64,000 nt of DNA, from assembly GCF_006345805.1 (NCBI RefSeq), contig NC_042999.1, forward strand, positions 117,490,001-117,554,000, read 5' to 3'. The stretch comes from Octopus sinensis. Lineage: Eukaryota. How positions within the stretch are numbered: position 1 is the first letter of the stretch; the number at the start of each line of letters is the position of its first letter. Below the pieces are notes generated by a model. It ran no database searches. It was not told the DNA's origin and saw only the letters and a program-made list of their open reading frames with translations. The translations under genes were made by a program, and so were the position numbers. Shown here one piece after another: positions 50,536 to 64,000 of this stretch.

Positions 50536-53500
50536 GAACAGATTCCGTTCTCTAAAGAAAACTTGAACGCAAATATAATTTGGCATATCTCTAAGAATTT
50601 ACGCACATACTTGTCTCTTAAAACTAAACTATAACTACTATTTGTAAGTTTATGCATTTTGTCAACTATTTTGACTTTTAAGCTGAATAAAAACACCTTT
50701 GGAGGAAATAGTTTATTGATAAATTATGTGACAATGGACAGTGATGGTAGTTAAGAAGAGAGGGTAAAGAAAACTTCATAAACACTAGAATATATTGATA
50801 AAATAGAAATCGATGCAAATTTCGATGTCGAAGAATCAGTGATTAATAACTAGCATGTTGTTTATTCCAAATGTTTTAGTTAATCCATAAATAAGGTGAT
50901 ACCTCTCTTTCTGCTATCTTGTCTTGCTCACTATGGCAAGGAATTGTCAACAGGTCACATCAATATCGATGTGTCTGAAACCATTGATCAACCTTGTGAG
51001 AAAGGTGATCTCATGATCTTAGAATCAGAAATCAAGAAGTTCGGAAAGCGAAATTTTCATTAATTAAAGATTAATAATGTACTTGCATAACTTAATCGAC
51101 TTTTGTATGCCCTGATATAATTACTTCAAAAAGAAAAAAAATACACAAAAGCTATTGTGATGACAAAAATTTCTGTCTGATTAAGAGAGCCATTCCTTAG
51201 CAACAACATAATGATTTACCAGAAATAAATAAATTAATATGTAAAGATAAAATGAAGTATTACAGATAAATGAAATTATCTTAGAGACAATTAGATGGTG
51301 AGAGACTATACTGACTCCGATGTAAATAGAAATAAGGCGTTGTGAATAATCAAAAAATCAATATTTTCTTTTATCTGAGTTTTACCAGAAGTTTACAATT
51401 CAGTTCGTGTAAGAATGAAACAAGTAACAAATTTCTATGGCGTTCTAAGCGTCTCGAAAATATTTTCTATACCTTAAGAAGAAAAAGACGTCTTTTCGAT
51501 TTTTGTTATTGATCGAGATTTCCAGGAAAAGATTATCGAATTTAATGGCTATCAAAATTCTTCATTAGAAAGGCTAGTGATTGATACAGCATACTATTAA
51601 AATTAATAAGAATAGCTTCCTTTTCATTTTGCTAACACGAAGATGAAGGTCACTGGGATTAACTAGGATGAAATGAATACGGAAATGGAATTAACAGCTG
51701 ATATGGAATGGATACAGGTAATATCAATAAAGTCAGCCTTCTCAGAATAAACATATATATGATTACATGCGATTTGGCTGTGACTATCTGTCCATGTAAA
51801 ACTAGTAATCTACTTTAGCCAAATAGATCGTTTCTTAAGATGTAGTGCAAAGTTTGAGGAAGATTTTCACTGCTATTTGAAACAATTTGAGTAACATCAT
51901 AGAGGCATCTGTGACAGTATGTCAGAAACGTAGATGCTGTTTTTTATATATTTTTCTAACTTAGGGTAGTCCTGATTAAGCAGATTCATGATCGAAGACG
52001 TTTCAACTTTGACTAATTTCTGTTCTTTTTTTTTTCAGGCATGATGTAACATGGAGTACATTTTCTAATATGTCCTTCCGTCTTATAAAAGTAGGAAGAT
52101 CTGGAAGAAAATTTGGCTGTTGTTTTTAGCAAGTGTAACATCGTTGCTTTCTGACTGACCCGAGAAGTTTAATATGTTGGTGGATAGCGTAAACTGCAGT
52201 GGAGAACTAAAATTCTTGTATTCAATTACATCTCTTTTATTTTATGAAATTAAGTTCCGGTAATACTGATGTTATCATTAATCGCTAGTAGGTCGACAAA
52301 ATGCGTACTAATAATATATTGGAAGTAAAACAAGTTATACACTCCTACAAGAGAGTTTGGGTATCTTGCTAATGTAAGAAATCGATATTTATTTTAAACT
52401 GCTTCCGCATGTAGGCACAATTTAGAACATTTCTGAAAAAAATAAGGAATGATATTGAGTGATATTCCTATTTAATGTAACGGAAAAGTTATTTAATGAA
52501 GTGTGATAATTGTACCAACGACATGGAATGAAATTGCAGAGGATTTCCTGCAATCTTTTGACTTACATGCCTTGCCTTACCAAAACTAATATTTCTTTAC
52601 ACCTAAATAAAATCTTATCTACATTTCTGTCATTCGATCCAGACTCAATCAACTATAATCCTTCTAGTAGTAAGAAGGAAATATATTTATATTACACCAC
52701 ATTAAGCGCTTTTTGATACAAGACCTTCTCCACGTCTTCGGTCAGAATTTAATTTGAATTGATAGATACACGGTATCTGGCTGGTAAACGTATTCAAATA
52801 TTTGACTCCGCTTAAGAACAATTCGCAACATTAAGTGAAAAATTACACACGCACAGACACATACACAGACACACACATGTGCATGAGAGTGTGTATGAGT
52901 GTGTATCTGTATGTGCATAGCACCATCGGGTATTTGGATTCAACTGGGTTAAAATTTTCACGAGGCCACAAATGGGTATAAATTCTGTTTGCATTGGTCC
53001 AATACCCAATAAATTACTATTAAGCATCTTATCAGTCAACGACCGTCAAAAGGGAAATGGGATTGATTGCTTGATTCGAATTTCTCTCGCAGAAAACTGA
53101 TAATAACATGATAAAAAGTGTGTTGTACCTTTTTTTATCATTCCACATTCTTAATAACGGTAATAACGATTATTATGTTAATAAGGATTAATTTTTTTTG
53201 TCGTAAGGTCAGCAGTTTGTAGAGTAGGAATATATAGTGAACTGAATTAATTCCAATGCATATATAGTACGCATTTTAACGTTTCTGGATGAATGGAAGG
53301 TATATCTCTTTAATCACTGTTTAACCCGCAGAAAATAGTGAGGAACGAAATTAAGAACTATAAAGCATTTAGCCTGGAACACTACCATCTCTTTCGACAT
53401 TTTTGCCATGGTTTAATAATGGTTCATTACAAAGAAGCAATGTCGTTCTGTGTCTCAAATATATGTTTTAATGGGAAGGCAATTTGCCTGCTATTTCTAG

Positions 53501-53940
53501 CTGGTCAAATGACAACACTTGGCTATTTTCATTGATCAGTTTCTTTCGTCAAGCATCTTGATACTCAAAAACATTATGCTTTATCAATTCATTTTTTTCT
53601 CATCAAAACATTTGAAAAATATTGTCACCACTTGTTATCTTGTTATAAACTACTTTACCTCTGAGCGGTCAGATTGGACATCCATTTGAAGTGGTCAGTA
53701 GTTCGTAACTTGCTATATTTACTTTTCGACAGTATGTTTTACTTAGCAGTAAATATGTTACTGAGCCGACCTATGGTCAAAGGTTTTCACATAACGATTT
53801 TGTTGTTTAATCAAAGAGAATAACTGTAACTATACCATTCAGTCCGTATTATGTTTAAAATACCGTAATTTGAGAGCAATTTAACTGCTATTTTTAATAA
53901 GTCGTGCAACCACTTTAATACTGCTTTGGTATTTTAGTAT

Positions 53941-54366
53941 GGAAGGGCGGCGAGCTGGCAGAAACGTTAGCATTCCGGGCGAAATGCTTAGCCGTAATTC
54001 GTCTGCCGTTACGTTCCGAGTTCAAATTCCACCGAGGTCGACTTTGACTTTCATCATTTCGGGGTCGATAAATTAAGTACCAGTTGCGCACTGGGGTCAA
54101 TGTAATCGACTTAATCCATGCGTCGGTCCTTGTTTGTCCCCTCTGTGTTTAGCCCCTTGTGGGTAGTAAAGAAATAGGTATTTCGTCTGCCGCTTCGTTC
54201 TGAGTTCAAATTCCGCCGAGGTCGACTTTGCCTTTCATCCTTTCGGGGTCGATAAATTAAGTACCAGTTGCGCACTGGGGTCGATATAATCGACTTAATC
54301 CGTTTGTCTGTCCTTGTTTGTCCTCTCTGTGTTTATCCCCTTGTGGGTAGTAAAGAAATAGGTATT
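53941..54366 (+). mobile_element. SINE family B with tandemly repeated 184-bp body
   Basis: Head plus unit 1 ending GGTATT (54177-54182); unit 2 starts at that GGTATT and ends at 54361-54366. Confidence 0.92.
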
Positions 54367-54829
54367 ACAGTCTGGTGTATTTCACAGTTCCAAACAATAG
54401 CAATGATGAACCACTAATGAACGTTGGTTAGCTAGTAATGGTGAGGTCAGTGGCCACCAAGACTTGATAAATCACGTTGCTCTCTATAAAATCAGTACTG
54501 CCAGTGATATAGATGGAAGACGTGTCAGTTAAAATATATAGTACGTCAAGTATTTACTCAAGATAGATAACTCAAGTAATTTTTTTATCTCTGGAAGCAA
54601 TGCAGATACCTATGAATTCTGAGTAGTCATACGCTGATTCCTCAGCTCTTTCTCCCCCTCTCCGTCTACACAGAAACACACGCACACACACATACACATA
54701 CACACATACACACACATACGCACACACACACACAGACACACACAGTATAATATGTATGTAATACAGTATTATAATTCCATTTCACCCGATGTTACTAATT
54801 AGTTTCGTACACGAGTTAGGGGAAAAAGA

Positions 54830-55140
54830 ATCTCTGTAAGCTCAATGGAAGTGCAGGTTTGAAAAGTATGGTAACAGCTCTTTGTTACTGGAGGTTAAGA
54901 AGTGTCTCATTCGGTTTGGGGATGTTGTGAGAACCAAAGCGAAAAACCAGAGGGAGAAGGAGCTCAGTGAGGAAATTTTTCCGTTACAGTTTTATTCCTT
55001 GGATTTGCATCAGTGGTATCACGGCGTAAGGGATAGACGCTTGGAGAGTGAAGTTGTAGCTTGAGAGGGGGTGGGATGTGGCTGATGTGAATGTAGGGGG
55101 TCAGAAAAGGTATGGATGGAGAACGATGGTCAATCTTAAA
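54830..55140 (+). mobile_element. Degenerate RTE LINE 3' end
   Basis: LIRFGDVVR resembles LRWFGHVxR; microsatellite tail follows. Confidence 0.4.
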
Positions 55141-56110
55141 ATCGTATGTATATGTATGTGTGTATTTATGCGTTCGTATGTAATAAACTAAGTGGGGGTA
55201 AACGTTGTACTAAACTCTTAAATTAAAGTGATGGAAAGTACAAATGGTGAAAGCTCGGATATTTATATTCATGGTGCAGTCTACTCGCATCCATATACAA
55301 ATCGCCGTTCATGAGGGTAGAATCGAAAAATTTCGCTTTTGCAGTTTAGGTAGCAATCCAGTGGGGAAGAGGTTTCTGTAGTGTAATTCTTTTCTCCGTC
55401 AAGCAGATTATGTTCATCCTACTGCAATTAGCTAGGTATTGAGATTTCGTTTCTCCTGGATATTAAATGCAAGGTAATTAATATCAGATCTGAACTGGAA
55501 AAGACTTCTGACGCGCCCATATTTTCCCGCAAGTGCGGGGACAACCTGACAATCATTGATATCAAATGTGTCATATAAGCTACGGTCTCTGTGTAGCACT
55601 GACCGAGGAGCGGACAAATTTCCCTCCTTGAGCTTCTACTAGGTGTTATTTTCGCTCCAGTTTCTCATTCACAACACCCACAAATAAAATATAACACTTC
55701 CTAACCTTCAGTTGAAAATAGCAATTATGACACCCTTTATAACGACTCTTCTTCTGATGAGTGCCGAGACTGTTTTCTTTTTCTCTTGGAAACTCACGTG
55801 TGCAAAACCGATAAACAAAATCGGCTGAAATCGATCTATAATACTAGATTCTGTAAGTATTAATACACCCATTCTATTGACCAAAATATGAGTGCCTGTC
55901 TTTTATGACACAGAGATACTAAGATGATATATACATAGACGCATGCGCAGGTACACACACTCGCACGCGCACTCCTCCACACACATTGTCAATACAACAT
56001 AGTTAAAGTATGTGTGTTACTTAAACGCCTGAAGCTATAGTTTTTCGTGCAGAAAAAACTCCTTTCAAGAAATATAGTTTAAAATGCACACATACACCTC
56101 AACTACACAC

Positions 56111-56434
56111 GCGCGTGCATGGATTAGTGGTTAGAGTATTCGGCTCGCGATCATAGGATCGTGACTTCAATTACCAGCGGCGCGTTGTGTCGTTGAGCAA
56201 AGCACTTCATTTCAAGTTGCTCCACTCCACTCAGCTAGCAAAAATGAGTAGTACCTGTATTTTAAGGAGTCAGCCTTGTCTCACTTTCTGTCCGGCTAAA
56301 TCTCTATGAGAAGTATGTGAAGGAGTACGCGTGTCTGTGGAGGGCTCAGCAACTTGCACGTTAATCTCACAAGCAAGCTGTTCCGTTGATCGGATCAACT
56401 AGAACCCTCGTCGTCGTAATTGACGGAGGGCCAG
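56111..56434 (+). mobile_element. tRNA-derived SINE family C, full length
   Basis: Homologous to 38911-39229. Confidence 0.9.
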
Positions 56435-57116
56435 TCACACACACACACACATAATGTACTGATCCCTGATAGAATATTCAACAAAAAAGTACTCCATCTC
56501 GTGAGAGATAAATATTGTTATTTAAAGGTCACAATACATGTATTAAAGCGCTACTAATAGTTTAATATGTTAAGAGAACTCAAACACATTCTTCAGGCGC
56601 AAAGCAAATATCATAATGAACTAAAAAAATTGAATAAATAGAAGAAACGTGATGAAGCTTAGGAGGCAGCATATAGAAAACAGACAGTAAACAACGGAAA
56701 ATGAAACTAAAGTGTCAAAATTGCTATCCTCCTTAGGCCTTAAATGATAAGGCTGGAAAGATATCAAGGCAATCAGGAATTTTCCAGTTCTTCAGAATAT
56801 ATTTATACATATGCATACCACCACTGAAAATTTCTGACCTGGAGTTCAATAGAAAGTAAGGGATCTTAGATCTGTACAGGATATGCGCTGTTTCAGCCAA
56901 AGTCTACATGTATTCAATCTATTCACATAAGGCATGAATTTCTCATTTACATTCTATTTAATCACATGCGGGGTTTCGTTATCTTTCAAAGTCCATACAT
57001 AGCTAGCCAACTTCGTAGCTTTACTTTTATCCCTGTGTAAGAAGGAGACTATGTGATTAGCATAGCGATTTTTAAATTTTCCTTCGCATAATCCGATATA
57101 GGTCTTCTAATCAGAA

Positions 57117-57117
<1 letters not shown>

Positions 57118-57178
<61 letters not shown>
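57118..57178. repeat. (TA)n microsatellite
   Basis: Directly visible. Confidence 0.97.
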
Positions 57179-57180
<2 letters not shown>

Positions 57181-58785
57181 AAGAAATAAAATACGTCTTT
57201 CCATTTGTTCATTAACATGTTTAATTAGATCTTGTGGCTGAACAACAATCTATTCGACAGCTTAGAATCAGGATTAATTCGGCTACTTTTGTAATTCACA
57301 TGACTCACCAGATTTTTTTTTTATAGTAGGGATGAGATCCTGAATGTTATAGACACACAAAACCTCATTTCATTCCACTTTGATTATTCTTTGTGGGTTA
57401 AGCGAAGTGGCAAAGCACTAGCTGATGTTCAGAGCATTAGTTTAGATGAAGCAGAAGTTTGCAACTTCACTATACTCTAGTTTAATTCAAATGACACCAG
57501 TCCGATAGGCCTTGAAAATATTTCATACTTGCTCATTTTGAAATACTATAAATGCCAATATTAGCATAATAAAATTGTTTAGATATTATTCTGAATGTAA
57601 TTTCAGGCACTGAGAGCTCTGTTAGAAAATGTAGCAAAATTGTACAATAAATCTACAAAGGTTTTAATCAACCTTGTTACTTTGTAGAATTTATGTGGTG
57701 ATTTCTGTATAACTAGCGGCGAATAGGCATTTTACTGGACCACTCAGTTTTATAATGACGTCTTAAATATTATATTTGTTAGTCAAGATGCAATAAATAT
57801 CCAAGCAGAATACTGCTAATCATAATAATAGGAGAAAACGGAAGGTTATAAGGTGTAAGCCATAATTTTATTGCAATGACTGTATTAATATCATCAGTTT
57901 TCTCTTAATCCTAATGAGTAAACTATTTCTTACAAATGATAAGTTTCCCAAAACTTTTAATAATAATATCGTTAAAGTGTCTGCACTTACAACGATGGTT
58001 AGAATTGTGCTATCTAATAAATATAAATTCTGTAATTTTACTGTGTCTATTGAATTCGAAATAGTAATGCTTCTCTTCAAAACCTCATCAAAAGACGTAT
58101 ATATTAAGAGCCTTTCTGATACCTGCTTCATAATGTCTTAGGGCTATTGTTCTGTTTTAACTTTTCGTCAGCTGCCCTTTCCCCTCTCAGCCTATAATAT
58201 ATATATATATATAAATTAGTAATGCAATACTAGAGTATTGCTTTCCAGTAAAGAATAGCCCGTGAGGGAAATATACAAAGAAGTAAATATATGGCACAAC
58301 GAAGTACCGATATTTACTGGAAATAGCGAACGTAATAATACGACGCTAACGTATAGCTTCACCGCGTATGTACTAGCAAAAATGCGTGTGTGCAACAAAC
58401 TAGAAAAATTGTTTTACCTCCAAGGAGAACATCTGAAAGATGAAATACCTGGAAAAGGATAATGTGGGACCTGCGCAGGTTTCAGATTTTTCAAGATATG
58501 TCTGCCACCCATAAACTTGATCTATCTTCATCAGCCAAACATATACCACGACAACCTTTCAGATGTTACCACATTAATGCCATTACACTCGACTGAAACG
58601 CCGAAACGCTAACAGCACGAGAACGGTGAAGAAGTTTCAATGAATTAGTAATATATATGTATATATATAACCTTGTTACTTTGTCGAATTTATGTGGTGA
58701 TTTCTGTATAACTAGTATATAACTGTATAAATTAGTAATATATAGTATATATATATGTGTGTATGTGTGTGTGTGTGTGTGCCTG

Positions 58786-58845
<60 letters not shown>

Positions 58846-59599
58846 CATTCCTCAAATATATATGTATACGTATAAAGGTTTGTGTGTCTTTTTAATTATC
58901 AGTTTGTTAGTCAGAACAAGGAAGTATCATCAGAAGAGTGCTACAGCTTTTTATGGCCTGTCACTTAAACAATTTTGTGAATTGAAAGTAGAAACGAAAT
59001 ACCAATTAAAGGCTAAAGGTAGGAGTAGGCATAGAAGAACATCACACTAACCCGATTTGTGTGTTTAAGACCTCATTGGATTGGTGCCAATTTTTACCCT
59101 TCACACAACTGAAAAAAGAGCTGAATAAAATAAATATACATGTGGTTATTCCATTGATTATACCTATTGTCTAGAACAAATAATATTTTCATTTAGTAAG
59201 GGAGATAATTCTGTCAGCAATAAGGTCAAAAGCGAATTATTATAACTTCTCAGATACTCAATTAAAATAACATGTCGGAATAAAATCTCCAATTTCTCTC
59301 TAATTATATTATTGATTCACTCTGACCATAAAATATATACTTGTTTACTAAATCTTCTTTATTGCTGTCAAGAAACAGCTGTTAAAGAAAGCTGCCATTA
59401 AATCTCGAAGCATGAAATCTCATTTGATGGCCGAGGCAAAAGCGGAATAGCTATGATTACTAGATTAGTAATAAAACATTTATTCTTTCTCTGACTCAGA
59501 TAAACTCAATGACTAGAAGCTTAAGTTGGTATTAAGATAAACAATAGAATTTATACTATTCAGAATGTATGCATGTTTAGAGGAATGTTATATCTAACT

Positions 59600-59950
<351 letters not shown>

Positions 59951-59954
59951 GATA

Positions 59955-60640
59955 CAGGACGTCACCAACGGTGTAAATAACATAAAATACTAAACAACGA
60001 GAAAAAATGGAAAGCAGGACAAGTAAACACAGTTGTCAGTTGTCTATCTACTCCTCATTTCGAGCATGCAACGACTATAAGAGTCTTCAAAGACAGTTGC
60101 TCCCATAAATTCTAAAATGAAATTTAAGATTTATGGCAGGTAAAAGTTGGGAACAAAAACATGACAGAGGAGACATACAAGGAAACCGAACGAAAACCCT
60201 AGAAGCCCTGCACTTAAACTTGTGTAACCACCCTTCTGAATATTCAGGGCAATATTCTAGCCTTTAGTTCTTTATGAAAAATTTGTCCTTCTCGATATGC
60301 ATCTTTCCCGAAAAATGTTCACCTTCATTACACTGGAGCTTAACCATTTTATAAGCTTACTAATCTAATTCTGTGCTCCTGACAACTTTCAAAGTTTTCC
60401 TAATCTTTAAACTTTGCTTTCATTTCCAGAATAAAAGCCTTTAAAATACGATTCCTTTGTTTCTCTAGATTATACACCATCAATGATGCGACACCCATAT
60501 ACACACACAAACTCTTTAGCGAAACTTCTTTTTCTAAATTTTTTTTAGTAACTCCACCTTTTCAAATTCAGGAAATGTTTTATGTTTATGCGTTTCAGCA
60601 TCTTCTGTAACTTTTCTTTTCATGCGTGACATCCTGATGT
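59955..60640 (-). mobile_element. Degenerate Penelope-like 3' end with HHR-like motif (60044-60096)
   Basis: EKDKFFIK GIY-YIG C-terminal-like remnant, then CTGTC-T-TTGAAGA...GAAAT...GTA-GATAG on the minus strand. Confidence 0.4.
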
Positions 60641-63233
60641 ACGAAAATATAACTAAATATATGAAATTAACAGCGTCTGTTACATATATATGAAATATAT
60701 GTCACCAACACTCAGCTGTCGGTTCCAGTGTAAACATACACAACTCTGGAGCCTTACGGCCCAACTCCGGTGGTAGATCAGGAAACTAATGATGGAATAT
60801 TCAAAACGTGCCGGACTATAGTAATTACGGGCCCCCAGAATGCTGGACTAAAGAGGTTCAACCGGGAGTTGATTTGATCTTTATAAGATGCTCCACATTG
60901 ATCATACAGTTTCTGCCATTTATTGTAGCTCCATGACAAGTTGTGTCACTACAGGTTATAGCTGATAAAGGGTGGTTGTTTTGTATTTCACTGTTTCCCA
61001 TAATATATTGATGGTGATTAATCTATTTGTCATGTCGATTATCGCTACTTTGATAGTGACTGTTATACGCTAGCTCTGTGTGATATGCTGCGTCCATAGT
61101 AGTAATAAAATTATGAAGCATTTATGACACAATATTCTTTTCACAGATGACTGTGTGATTTGATAATCGGTTACTTAATTCTTTACATGTATCGCATTAA
61201 TTGTTGGCTGTTTGTAGGATAAGATATATAAAATATGATAAGGAAATATATAAATAGTTGACATACTGTATACACACACGCACACAGACACACATATACA
61301 ATACACTCACACACACACACATATATATATATATGTATATATATTCACACACATACATATATATATTTAAATATATACACATATACACACATATATAAAT
61401 ATATATATATATATGTATATGTATATGTATATGTATATATATACACGTATGTATGCATATACATACATAGATGATAAATATATATATGCATACATGAACA
61501 GACACACATACACACACACTCACACATAGGTATATGTATGTAAATGATATCTTCAGCATCACTTCACAAGCAAGCATTTGACTGATGACCTGAAATGCAA
61601 TACAGAAACAAGCCAATACAGAAAATAGTCCAATAAAGAAACAAATTTCTAAGCTGTGCAATTTGTAACAGCAAAAACAAAAAGAAAAAGAAAAAAGAAA
61701 AAAGTAAAGCAAGGAAAAAAAACACAAACAAAACTAAACAAAAAGCTCAAACGAGTCAGTTATGAAATTCTTCATGAAACAAAATTAGAAAGAAATATTG
61801 AATTAACCACATATCATGGATAAAAGTGACTCAAGCAAAGACTATAAAAATATTTAGTTGCTGTCTTTAGATTTTTCATGGCAATTACCTGGAACGCTCT
61901 AGTACCGTAAGAACTGTTTCCATTAGTTTCGCTTGATCTCTCGTTTTCTGGCAAAGTTAAACTTTTCTTCTATTGCTTCTTTTCATTACTACAGGATTTC
62001 CTTTGATTTTATTGACTGGTTTAGTGATAAGTCGAATCTGCCAACTTATTTACATCATCCACAGATAAAGTTGGCACAAATATAATTGACAACAGAACTA
62101 AAGTTTCTCATTTCTAACTAACCTCTACTTCTGACGAAGGCTGTAAGTAAATATTAAAACCAGAAATAAAACACTATGTTCGTATATAAATGTAGTAGTT
62201 ATTAGTGAAATTAATGACTTTTAGTAATGACATAGAACACAGCAAGTTTGATATCAATATATTGCGTCTTCTTTAAGAAATTATTCTCAACTTTCATGTT
62301 CGACTTTGGCGCTGCCCTTTGAAAGGTAACATCCACTCCCATCATGATGCAAGATGTTTTATATCCTACTGAGAGAAGAACTCAGTTTTTTTTTCTGTTG
62401 TTTTCTCTAATACTATGTATCTTGATTATTCTATTTTATGACATAGATCACTCCGCCATAACTGCTGGTTTTAGGTATTTGGATGTTACTTCTATAAAAA
62501 GAAAACCAAACGGTGATAACATCTTTAAAGTTTTATTTCCTGAAATATTCTTCTTTAAAAAGAAAGGGAAATGCAAAGTTGTTTCAGACTTATATTGGTA
62601 ACACTGAACTATTTAATGGTGTACATTTATAGCAATATTTTTCTGGAAAGTACAAAAATAGCCATACATTCTGTATATTATTTTGGCTAACTCTCATAGA
62701 CTATAAAAATGTTCTCTTGGTGATAGGTGTCAGTGAAGGGCTTGTTTACTGTGGAACAGACTATTAACCACCAGCTATAACACGCAATCTTTAATTAAAA
62801 CTAGTGCTCGAATACATTCAATCTTAAGGGGATTCAAAAATATTGGGAAAACCACGTTTAATACTGAAGTGGTTTCTCCATACATTTTGGTGGATTTGAA
62901 GCCAAAAATGGAAGCTAACAAAATGTCAGTTTTGTAGGTTCGATGCTACGCAAGACAATAAGGTGTTTAACCACAAATCTATACGTGGACGGGAACCAAT
63001 CTTTTGAGTTTTCGGTCAATCATCTGATACCTTTTTTATTCCATTGTTTATTTGCTATTGGTTAACTCAAATTCAGCCTTAACAAGCAGCCGATCTAGAA
63101 TTATAGAAGTTTTAGCTGTGACCACCGTGGCTTTCTTTCGGTTATATTGTATATACATTATCCTGTGTATCCTTAAACTTTTAAAATAGTAAGATTTGGC
63201 ACAAAATCTTTCTTGGCGATCTTTAGTGATGAC

Positions 63234-63236
<3 letters not shown>

Positions 63237-63306
<70 letters not shown>

Positions 63307-63329
63307 ATAGTAGTAGTAGTAGTAGTAGT
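63237..63329. repeat. (GTA)n microsatellite
   Basis: Directly visible. Confidence 0.97.
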
Positions 63330-64000
63330 TCTTGTATTTTAGATTCAAATTAGGTCTTATAAGCAATCATATCTATGACGTTTTTGTATACTATTGTTCA
63401 GTTAAAACTGCAAAACACGATTGACGAAAGATTTGACTTATAACACTAGTAGGAAGAGTGACCACACAGAGAGCTCTTAATATTTCAAGATAGACGGTCG
63501 TAATTAGGGTAGCAAAGCAAATACGTTTCAATGGTAAATGCAATAGTTATAGGTAATGCAAAAACTAGAGCAAAAACTTGTTGCTGCTGTTTTCTAACCT
63601 GAGGACAGCTTCAATGGACCAGCTCTCTTATTCAAGACATTCCAACCGTGATCATCTCAATTTTAGAACTACATTATCTTTTGCATTCCCTCCTTACCTT
63701 TCCCAATACACCAGTATTGTTTTAGTGAGATTTAGCTGCAATTTCTAGCAGATCTTATTGATTGATAGAATGTTGAGATAGAGCGAATTCCCCACTACAC
63801 ACACACAAAAAATCAAAATTATCATCTTTAGCGTGCTCTAAATAGGTGTTTGCATAATTAGAGATACACTAAAGGAAATGAGTTTCACAAAATAATATCC
63901 CTCCTACTCATGTATCTATTGTAATATTTGGATTGTTTCCAACTGAGAGAATGATGTTAATTAGAAACAGATAAGTAAGAAATCTCCGTTGATTGAGTGC

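Noticed and set aside
57868-58131. Minus-strand ORF with LRR-like LxxLxLxxN pattern
   Set aside because: Irregular spacing, Leu/Ile bias expected from AT-rich DNA, and it overlaps an equally weak plus-strand ORF.

Overview
AT-rich, microsatellite-dense metazoan genomic DNA. The SINE families and repeat style resemble Octopus (inference from recalled repeat motifs; no search was run). No intact host gene is recognisable, and most listed ORFs are microsatellite artefacts. The window is a mobile-element graveyard: Penelope-like elements (PLE, GIY-YIG), CR1-like, RTE and other LINE remnants, tRNA-derived SINEs, one full-length mariner (25434-26722) and several mariner/maT fragments. The best signal is a set of minimal type I hammerhead ribozyme (HHR) motifs in PLE terminal repeats. 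Two ORF-less mini-elements (19307-19702 and 36061-36400) share the architecture (TA)n - inverted partial copy - HHR plus tail - (TA)n. Also notable: six retroelements strung through one (TA)n tract (17-22.7 kb), a fold-back hairpin in a mariner 3' end, a pre-miRNA-sized hairpin, and scattered fibronectin type III-like peptide fragments on + from 43 to 62 kb that may be a decayed gene (low confidence).
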